From the IMG/VR virus record IMGVR_UViG_2681813313_000009: a stretch of 5,423 bases of DNA; one strand, given 5' to 3'. Below are positions 1 through 4,773 of this stretch, one piece after another (the first letter of the stretch is position 1; each line of letters begins with the position of its first letter). The notes beneath the pieces are model-generated. The model ran no database searches. It had not been told where the DNA came from and saw nothing but the letters and a program-made list of their open reading frames with translations. Origin of the DNA: a virus (taxonomy: Duplodnaviria > Heunggongvirae > Uroviricota > Caudoviricetes). The position numbers were made by a program, and so were the translations under genes.

Positions 1-60
1 CCGGCAGAAGCAGAAAAAGCTTATTATGCTTCCATCGGAAACGATGATCTGGCAGCCTGA
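1..60 (+). CDS. Possible 3' end of a gene starting upstream of the window (partial; C-terminus ...PAEAEKAYYASIGNDDLAA)
   Basis: Plus frame 1 is open from nt 1 to a TGA at 58-60. Only 19 codons are visible, and two minus-strand frames are also open across the same 60 bp, so coding status is unresolved. Confidence 0.15.
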   Translation, partial: PAEAEKAYYASIGNDDLAA

Positions 61-62
61 GT

Positions 63-1151
63 TCACAGATAAAACACTCTCCAGGAAACCCGGGGCGGTT
101 CATTCAGAACATCCAGTAGATTTTCCGCAGGTACACGATGGGCGTTATCCAGAACCAGCACCAAGGTGGTACCCTGCTCTTTCAGGTAGGTATCAAAACT
201 CCTAAGAGCCTCAAAACCACTGGCACCGGGGAGCAAAATCCTGCGCAAACCGTCTTGGTCACGGGCTGTAAATCTAGCAGCCATCTCGCGCACCAGCGTA
301 CTGGCCAGAGCTGGACCGGGAAGATCACCGGTGTCGTAATAAGCACAAAGTGCAGTGGAGTGTAATGCGGCCTGTGCGGCCCAAGCTGTCTTGCCTGCAC
401 CTGAGAGTCCACAAAGGATACGGATCCGCTCACCAGATGTGAGAGAAGGTTCTTCGTTCTGTGGGCGGTACAGTGCTGGTGGTGCAGGAAAGTCCTGTAG
501 CTGAACGATCAACTGTTCAAATAGTTCAGTAAGTTCTTCCGTGAAAAACGTATGTTGTCCATTGGTATCGCCTCCGGTGGCGGCAAGCTGAACCAATCCT
601 GCTAACTTCCAAATCAAGGATTCTGGGGACAATAGTGAAAATTTCAGCTTTTCTGCTTCTGCGATACACCATGTGGCCGCATCAGCCAGAGTACTCCATG
701 CGGGCGGAAGTGCCGGGTGACGTCCAGCTGTCGACTGGGGCCAGACAATAAGAACATCAGAAGGAAGCTTTTTATCGTCAATCATCTTCTGAAGCAGCGG
801 TCCAGGCGCCTGGTTTACAATAATCACAAAAGAAGCCACCCCTTCGCGGTTTGCCGAAGTATGCTCATTTCTGAGCTTTACAAATCGCTCCAGAGCCCCC
901 GACACATCGTTGGGCATAATAGGTTTTGAACGGGTTTTAACCTGAATGTAGAGACGTTCCTGTTTGGATTTCAGCTCAATATCCTCATCAAGCTCGACAG
1001 TTACTGAGTCCATAGCTGCCCTCTGCGCCAAAAGTAAGCAGCCTACAGCGTAAAGATGCTGGTAAAGGAACCCCCGGTGTACCGCTTCGATACGCACCAA
1101 CTGCACAGGATCCAGTACGTCCAGATTTTGTTTGTTTTCACTTCCCCACAT
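63..1151 (-). CDS. Putative defence-type protein: N-terminal PD-(D/E)xK-like nuclease region fused to a P-loop NTPase with STAND/AAA_16-like Walker A and Walker B (possibly truncated)
   Basis: 362-codon ORF with ATG at 1151-1149, an AAGGAA Shine-Dalgarno-like sequence about 6 nt upstream, and TGA at 63-65. Walker A GLSGAGKT lies at residues 248-255 (nt 387-410). A hydrophobic strand ending in Asp, LVLVLDNAH, lies at residues 330-338 (nt 138-164), 82 aa later. The N-terminal part contains ELDEDIELK...ERLYIQVK (about nt 936-989), compatible with a (D/E)xK nuclease core, and a GFLYQHLYAV segment. The ORF ends about 27 aa after the Walker B-like motif, which is short for a complete NTPase domain. 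Confidence 0.6.
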   Translation of the reverse strand: MWGSENKQNLDVLDPVQLVRIEAVHRGFLYQHLYAVGCLLLAQRAAMDSVTVELDEDIELKSKQERLYIQVKTRSKPIMPNDVSGALERFVKLRNEHTSANREGVASFVIIVNQAPGPLLQKMIDDKKLPSDVLIVWPQSTAGRHPALPPAWSTLADAATWCIAEAEKLKFSLLSPESLIWKLAGLVQLAATGGDTNGQHTFFTEELTELFEQLIVQLQDFPAPPALYRPQNEEPSLTSGERIRILCGLSGAGKTAWAAQAALHSTALCAYYDTGDLPGPALASTLVREMAARFTARDQDGLRRILLPGASGFEALRSFDTYLKEQGTTLVLVLDNAHRVPAENLLDVLNEPPRVSWRVFYL

Positions 1152-1394
1152 GACCTATTCCTTGAGCTATTTGTTTGACGGACTCACATTAGTACTTCAA
1201 TGTAATCAATTGAACTTGAATTATAATTAAAAGAGGCAAAGAAAAGTCATTTGGCCTATTCTCCGTTGATTAATACAAACTAACGATACCAACGTTCACC
1301 TAGCTCAAAGCTGACAACCAGACTAGGTCTGGGCCTGTGCCATCGAAGTGTCAATTAATATCTGAACTAATGCTCTTTAATTTCGTCACTTCAA
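1152..1394 (-). promoter_or_regulatory. AT-rich intergenic region upstream of the nuclease-NTPase gene; likely promoter/leader
   Basis: Strongly AT-rich compared with flanking coding sequence. Contains a 10-bp direct repeat TCAATTAATA (1353-1362 and 1391-1400) and ATTAAT-type palindromes. No convincing ORF. It sits immediately 5' of the ATG at 1151 on the minus strand. Confidence 0.4.
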
Positions 1395-1565
1395 TTAATA
1401 CCGAACATTTCCCTGATAAAATTCCAGTATGCGCTGCATAACTTCGCTCTGACGACACTCGCGACAAATTATATTCTGTCGTCTGTTGTAACGGCGTATT
1501 TCGCCATCTAGCAATGAATAAATCAGGTCAGGGTCGCTCTTCTTTTTCACTGCCGCTCTCGACAT
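1395..1565 (-). CDS. Possible C-terminal continuation of the 1528..1803 gene in the +1 frame (frameshift-split gene), or an independent small ORF
   Basis: The ORF-track frame 1395..1646 overlaps 1528..1803 on the same strand. The two frames cross at an A8 run (T8 on the plus strand, 1565-1572). Removing one A would fuse the N-terminal 79 codons of the upstream ORF to 57 codons of this frame (...KARKKMSRAAVKKKSDPDLIYSLLDGEIRRYNRRQNIICRECRQSEVMQRILEFYQGNVRY). No independent RBS is evident for a start at 1646 or 1565. Confidence 0.3.
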   Translation of the reverse strand: MSRAAVKKKSDPDLIYSLLDGEIRRYNRRQNIICRECRQSEVMQRILEFYQGNVRY

Positions 1566-1803
1566 TTTTTTTGCGGGCTTTTCCCCAGTCCTTACGAGCC
1601 TGCTCCGAAGGAAATATTCCATGTCCTGAACCATATACTGCGCCACTAACTACCAGCTCTTTCACCAGAACTTCTATCAGGTGTCTCGTCGCCCCGGTTT
1701 CATTTTCCAGTTGTTTACGCGTTTTTCGCCCATCTCTGCGTACCAGTTCCACAATGCGCGCCTTCACTTCTTCCCGCAGTTCGGGAGTAAAAACTTTTGC
1801 CAC
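1528..1803 (-). CDS. Small basic HTH-like protein (91 aa), function unknown
   Basis: GTG start at 1803-1801 preceded by a strong AGGAGG Shine-Dalgarno about 5 nt upstream on the minus strand (plus-strand CCTCCT at 1808-1813). The product has a helix-turn-helix-like segment (RKTRKQLENETGATRHLIEVLVKEL) and a Lys/Arg-rich tail. It lies 37 bp downstream of the rep-like gene on the same strand. Confidence 0.55.
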   Translation of the reverse strand: MAKVFTPELREEVKARIVELVRRDGRKTRKQLENETGATRHLIEVLVKELVVSGAVYGSGHGIFPSEQARKDWGKARKKNVESGSEKEERP

Positions 1804-1840
1804 AAGCCCTCCTGAAAATTACCCCATGACCTGAAATCTG

Positions 1841-2911
1841 TTACCCTCTGAATCCCGGCGGAATTTCGGTGTCCGGTTCAGAAATATGATTAACACAACG
1901 CTGGTTGTTCGTGCCGCTTACCGGGAGCAACCAGGGGTTTTCAAAATTCCGGTCCGGTCCAAAAAACGTCGTCGCTCGCTGAACAAATTCCGTTCCCGTT
2001 TTCCCGGTAGCAGCCAGGTATCTTGTGTAACGCCTTACACCATCCAGCATGGCCTCTGGTGGCACCCCCTCGCGTAATCTGGCCTTCCAGGCACTGAAAG
2101 CGGATTTCTTCGGGTTTGCCCCGGCTCGTAACGGGTATTCCCGCCAGACCTGTTCGAACACATCCGGATAATCCACTCGTCCCACAGGCTGCCCGGTGTT
2201 TTCCGGGACTACCCGATCGGCTTCCCGCTGAATGGCGGAATCGGCTTCAGGCTGCTGCAGTTGGTGTGATTGCTCCGGCCCAGCGGTCATCGCCTGCTGC
2301 ACAGCGCCCGAATCGGCTTTCAGCGCATACGCTGAATCGGCTTCCGGTGTCGTGCCTGCGGGCTGGCCAGGAGTGACGGTCTGAACATCCCCTACATGGT
2401 TCGTGGCGTTTTTTACGCCATGGACCATAGTGTTTTGATCTTCTTTATCTGTATCTCTATCTGTATCTTTATCTGTCGTGACTCGTCGTGACATGTGCGT
2501 GACATTTCGTGACGCGCCGTGACAATCGCCATTTTGTTCCCGCTTTCTTTCCCTCTCACGCTGCGCCCTCTTGCGCTCTGCCGGAGATTTTGCGGTTTGC
2601 GAAATATTGCCGTTGTCCTCTTTAAGCACCTGGCGTTTTTCCCATCCAGTGATTAAATCACCATCAAGTACCCGCCCCTGCATCGTCTGCAAAATTGAAT
2701 CAATTACCTCTTCTGTCACGTCGAGCGCACTTGCCAAATCTTCTGTCGTGACATCAATGTGACCTCGCGTGACATTTCGTGACGCGCTCACCAGGAGGTG
2801 GATATACACTGCCATCACTGTTGCAATTGGCTGCCCTGACACCCTGGCAATTGTTCGCCACTTAGGGTCATTTGGCATGTCATGCCATAATCTGAGCCAG
2901 GCGTTAGCCAT
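1841..2911 (-). CDS. Phage replication initiator / replisome-organizer-like protein (N-terminal winged-helix DNA-binding domain, acidic low-complexity linker, conserved C-terminal domain)
   Basis: ATG at 2911-2909 with GAGGTG 3-4 nt upstream; the ORF track starts two codons earlier at GTG 2917. TAA stop at 1841-1843. The N-terminus MANAWLRLWHDMPNDPKWRTIARVSG... follows the W-x-hydrophobic...DPK pattern I associate with phage replisome-organizer N-domains. The C-terminal segment FEQVWREYPLRAGANPKKSAFSAWKARL... resembles a motif common in phage replication proteins. Iteron arrays lie inside the gene, as in lambda O. It sits where a replication gene is expected, downstream of the cro/cII-like genes. 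Confidence 0.6.
   Translation of the reverse strand: MANAWLRLWHDMPNDPKWRTIARVSGQPIATVMAVYIHLLVSASRNVTRGHIDVTTEDLASALDVTEEVIDSILQTMQGRVLDGDLITGWEKRQVLKEDNGNISQTAKSPAERKRAQRERERKREQNGDCHGASRNVTHMSRRVTTDKDTDRDTDKEDQNTMVHGVKNATNHVGDVQTVTPGQPAGTTPEADSAYALKADSGAVQQAMTAGPEQSHQLQQPEADSAIQREADRVVPENTGQPVGRVDYPDVFEQVWREYPLRAGANPKKSAFSAWKARLREGVPPEAMLDGVRRYTRYLAATGKTGTEFVQRATTFFGPDRNFENPWLLPVSGTNNQRCVNHISEPDTEIPPGFRG
2447..2523. repeat. Candidate origin: three 12-bp T-rich tandem units followed by five CGTGAC iterons at 10-11 bp spacing
   Basis: ATCTGTATCT recurs at 2447 and 2459, with a partial copy at 2471 (12-bp period). CGTGAC occurs at 2477, 2487, 2498, 2508 and 2518, about one helical turn apart. 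The array is inside the rep-like coding sequence. Confidence 0.6.
2747..2787. repeat. Second iteron cluster (four CGTGAC-type repeats) including the second copy of an exact 21-bp direct repeat
   Basis: CGTGAC at 2747, 2768 and 2778, plus an imperfect TGTGAC at 2758 (10-11 bp spacing). The 21-mer GCGTGACATTTCGTGACGCGC is identical at 2497-2517 and 2767-2787. An inverted GTCACG lies at 2715-2720. Confidence 0.55.
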
Positions 2912-2982
2912 ACTCACCTCTTCTGATACCGAATCTTTTTACTCACGAATTGCCGGAAGCGATTCGATATGGCTATTGTCAG

Positions 2983-3408
2983 TCAATGTACTGCCACAGC
3001 ATTTCCTGCCGGGCCACCACGGTTCATCTGATTGAAACCGGCGATTGCCACTGCGACAAAATCATCAGCGTCTCTCACCAGTCGCTCCCGCGTCTCCACC
3101 AACTCCCGAAAATAAGCTGAACTGTGGCTGCGCATTCTGGCCACCAGCAAAGGTGGCATTGCCTTTTCGATCGCTGGTAACAACGCCTGAATTTTTTCAA
3201 CTGCATCAGGGGTGTCTTTCTCTACCCAGCGGAAAATTTTCTGGGTATTGCGAGCCAGGGCTTCCGGATGGCTGTCGTCATACAGTTCAGGAAACGTCAT
3301 ACCCAACTCAAAATAAGCCTGGGTTATTCCAGCTGCTGGAACTTTTTCGCCATCAGGACGCGCCCAGGCATTCATCGCCATGCGGATGTGTTCATGCTTG
3401 ATTTTCAT
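2983..3408 (-). CDS. ydaT: YdaT-like protein (CII-analogue regulator of Rac-type prophages; historically annotated as a toxin)
   Basis: 141-aa ORF with ATG at 3408-3406 and an AGGAG Shine-Dalgarno about 8 nt upstream. It overlaps the 3' end of the upstream Cro-like gene by 17 bp. The N-terminus MKIKHEHIRMAMNAW... and the length match my recollection of the YdaT family; position immediately after a YdaS-type gene supports this. Not verified by search. Confidence 0.5.
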   Translation of the reverse strand: MKIKHEHIRMAMNAWARPDGEKVPAAGITQAYFELGMTFPELYDDSHPEALARNTQKIFRWVEKDTPDAVEKIQALLPAIEKAMPPLLVARMRSHSSAYFRELVETRERLVRDADDFVAVAIAGFNQMNRGGPAGNAVAVH

Positions 3409-3673
3409 GAATCAAGCTCCTAGTAAGTGGTTGTGTTAACGTTTTGGTATCTTCCAGCTCGGGCCAAATATTCATCCAATCAAAAGGCCTTAGTTGCTGA
3501 CGTGTAACTTCACCATTACTGGCTCGCTCAATAAGGACACATAACGATGCCCCTAACATTTGACCTTTACTCAATGCCTTTCTTAGATAACCGATGCTAG
3601 TACCACACTCACATGCAAACATACGCTGTTCATCTGACGAAAGAGAATTGAGAAATATTCTTAATTCTTCCAT
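3392..3673 (-). CDS. ydaS: YdaS-family Cro-type HTH regulator
   Basis: 93-aa ORF with ATG at 3673-3671 and an AAGGAG Shine-Dalgarno 6 nt upstream. The product contains ...CGTSIGYLRKALSKG...CVLIERASNGEVTRQQLRP..., resembling the YdaS/Cro-like family pattern (IERAT-GEV...LRP). It is transcribed divergently from a CI-like repressor gene. Confidence 0.6.
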   Translation of the reverse strand: MEELRIFLNSLSSDEQRMFACECGTSIGYLRKALSKGQMLGASLCVLIERASNGEVTRQQLRPFDWMNIWPELEDTKTLTQPLTRSLIHENQA

Positions 3674-3682
3674 AGCTACTCC

Positions 3683-3770
3683 TTAGTAAACACAGCAAAG
3701 AATACCCACAGGTAAACAAAAGTCAATACCCTTGGGTTGTTTACCTTGCGGTAATCGCATCTATTATTTA
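3683..3770. promoter_or_regulatory. Divergent promoter/operator region between the Cro-like and CI-like genes
   Basis: Repeated half-site (A/G)GTAA(A/T)C: AGTAAACA at 3685-3692, GGTAAACA at 3711-3718, inverted copy TGTTTACC at 3738-3745, and GGTAATC at 3750-3756. CAGGTAAACAA (3709-3719) and TTGTTTACCTTG (3737-3748) form an 11-12 bp inverted repeat with a 17-bp spacer. Candidate leftward promoter on the minus strand: -35 TTGACT (plus 3721-3726) and -10 TATTCT (plus 3699-3704). Candidate rightward promoter: -35 TTTACC (3740-3745), -10 TATTAT (3762-3767), placing the start at or near the ATG at 3774 (leaderless). Confidence 0.5.
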
Positions 3771-3773
3771 CCT

Positions 3774-4193
3774 ATGGACAAATATGAATTTAGACGACAA
3801 CAACTCATCAAAATTCGTGATGAGAAATGCGATGGTAAAGCGGTTAACGTGGCCAGAAAGATCGGTCGCGAGCCTTCTTATGTATCAAGAATGTTGTACC
3901 CAGAGGGGAAAAAAGGAAAAAAACGGATCGCTGATGATATGGTGGAGATTATAGAAGAGTCCTTTGGGTTACCCCGGGGATGGATGGATGGTATCGTTTC
4001 ATCATCAACGAACACAGCCTCCAATTATGAAACAAGGGTTCTAACGCCACGACAACGTATTTTTTTAGATCTCTTAGACGAACTGCCAGAAAGTGAAGCG
4101 GATAACTTATTAAAAACTCTTGAAGAGAAAAAACAGTATTACAATATGATCTACGAAGAAATCCGTAAAAAGAAAGCACAAAACGCATCATAA
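3774..4193 (+). CDS. CI-like prophage repressor (N-terminal HTH, no obvious peptidase S24 domain; RacR-like position)
   Basis: The ORF track starts at 3732 (MGCLPCGNRIYYLP...), but that extension has no RBS and is compositionally odd. The ATG at 3774 gives MDKYEFRRQQLIKIRDEKCDGKAVNVARKIGREPSYVSRM... with an HTH (AVNVARKIGREPSYVSRM) near the N-terminus. No Shine-Dalgarno, consistent with a leaderless mRNA from the adjacent TATTAT. TAA stop at 4191-4193. Divergent from the cro-like gene. Confidence 0.6.
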   Translation: MDKYEFRRQQLIKIRDEKCDGKAVNVARKIGREPSYVSRMLYPEGKKGKKRIADDMVEIIEESFGLPRGWMDGIVSSSTNTASNYETRVLTPRQRIFLDLLDELPESEADNLLKTLEEKKQYYNMIYEEIRKKKAQNAS

Positions 4194-4235
4194 CTCACCA
4201 AACAACCAGTCACCAGTTAAGACACATCAAAAAAT

Positions 4236-4275
4236 TACCCATGGGTATTTACTTTTTGGATACCCATGGGTATCC
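4236..4275. promoter_or_regulatory. Tandem perfect palindromes (12 bp and 18 bp) sharing a CCCATGGG core; candidate operator or terminator
   Basis: TACCCATGGGTA at 4237-4248 and GGATACCCATGGGTATCC at 4258-4275 are each perfectly self-complementary and are separated by about 9 bp. They lie in the 265-bp gap between the CI-like gene and the small-ORF cluster. The second is followed by TTCCTTTC. Confidence 0.45.
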
Positions 4276-4458
4276 TTCCTTTCATACCAACCCACCCCAC
4301 CCCACAGAATGCAGGGCAATACTTCGAGTTACCAGGCAGTGGTCAGGGGTTAAGTAGCCAGCCCGAGGCGTAAGAACATGACGGCAGGGTTCAACTTTAA
4401 TAACTATGCAGCAGGTTTTTGTTCCGCTACCCCGGCGTTAAGGGGAAATGAGGTCAAC

Positions 4459-4614
4459 ATGGATACTATCGATCTTGGCAACAACGAATCTCTGGTGTAC
4501 GGCGTGTTTCCCAACCAGGACGGTACGTTCACCGCGATGACGTATACCAAAAGCAAAACGTTTAAAACCGAAAATGGTGCCCGTCGCTGGCTGGAAAGAA
4601 ACTCAGGTGAGTGA
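4459..4614 (+). CDS. Small hypothetical protein (51 aa)
   Basis: The internal ATG at 4459 of the track ORF 4378..4614 is preceded by GAGGT 4-5 nt upstream. Product: MDTIDLGNNESLVYGVFPNQDGTFTAMTYTKSKTFKTENGARRWLERNSGE. The upstream extension from 4378 lacks an RBS. Position and size recall the small ydaF/ydaG-type genes beside racR in Rac, unverified. Confidence 0.5.
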   Translation: MDTIDLGNNESLVYGVFPNQDGTFTAMTYTKSKTFKTENGARRWLERNSGE

Positions 4615-4615
4615 T

Positions 4616-4744
4616 ATGGATTTCGACACAATCATGGAAAAGGCTTACGAAGAATACTTCGAAGGTCTTGCCGAAGGCGAAGAAGCTCTCAGCTTCAACG
4701 AATTTAAACAGGCGCTTTCCAGTTCGGCAAAATCTAACGGCTGA
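4616..4744 (+). CDS. Small acidic hypothetical protein (42 aa), not in the supplied ORF track
   Basis: ATG at 4616-4618 preceded by AGGTGAG (4606-4612). It starts 2 nt after the TGA of the preceding ORF, suggesting translational coupling. Translation by hand: MDFDTIMEKAYEEYFEGLAEGEEALSFNEFKQALSSSAKSNG, TGA at 4742-4744. Confidence 0.45.
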   Translation: MDFDTIMEKAYEEYFEGLAEGEEALSFNEFKQALSSSAKSNG

Positions 4745-4773
4745 TAAGCGAAACAGCACCGCGAGGAATCAGT

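Noticed and set aside
138-929. Track ORFs 138..365 (+), 182..433 (-) and 717..929 (+) inside or overlapping the 63..1151 gene
   Set aside because: They lie antisense to, or in an alternative frame of, the long 362-codon ORF. They lack RBS motifs and have low-complexity or atypical composition, so they are most likely shadow ORFs.
1514-1834. 106-aa plus-strand ORF antisense to the small HTH gene
   Set aside because: Ser/Pro/Arg-rich translation typical of antisense reading of a coding region; no RBS. The minus-strand ORF has a strong AGGAGG RBS.
2440-2790. CRISPR array as an explanation for the CGTGAC repeats
   Set aside because: The repeat unit is only 6 bp at 10-11 bp periodicity inside a protein-coding gene, with no 25-40 bp repeats or unique spacers. 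An iteron/origin reading fits better.
1886-3035. Plus-strand ORFs 1886..2077, 2116..2376, 2571..2762 and 2769..3035 across the rep gene
   Set aside because: All are antisense to the 356-aa rep-like ORF, are short, and are Arg/Pro/Ser-rich. The minus-strand gene explains the region.
3045-3401. 118-aa plus-strand ORF antisense to the ydaT-like gene
   Set aside because: Pro/Cys/His-rich product with no RBS; a shadow of the minus-strand gene.
3732-3773. N-terminal extension of the repressor ORF (MGCLPCGNRIYYLP...)
   Set aside because: No RBS, odd composition, and it would run through the operator/promoter region. The ATG at 3774, just downstream of a TATTAT -10-like element, is more plausible.
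3949-4191. 80-aa minus-strand ORF inside the repressor gene
   Set aside because: Antisense shadow ORF; no RBS and not protein-like.
4241-4372. Unlisted 43-codon plus-strand ORF starting at the ATG inside the first palindrome
   Set aside because: No Shine-Dalgarno, a Pro/His-rich product across the C-rich tract, and the ATG is part of the CCATGG palindrome core; it looks incidental.
4378-4458. Upstream 27-codon extension of the 51-aa ORF (track start at 4378)
   Set aside because: No RBS at 4378, whereas the internal ATG at 4459 has GAGGT upstream.
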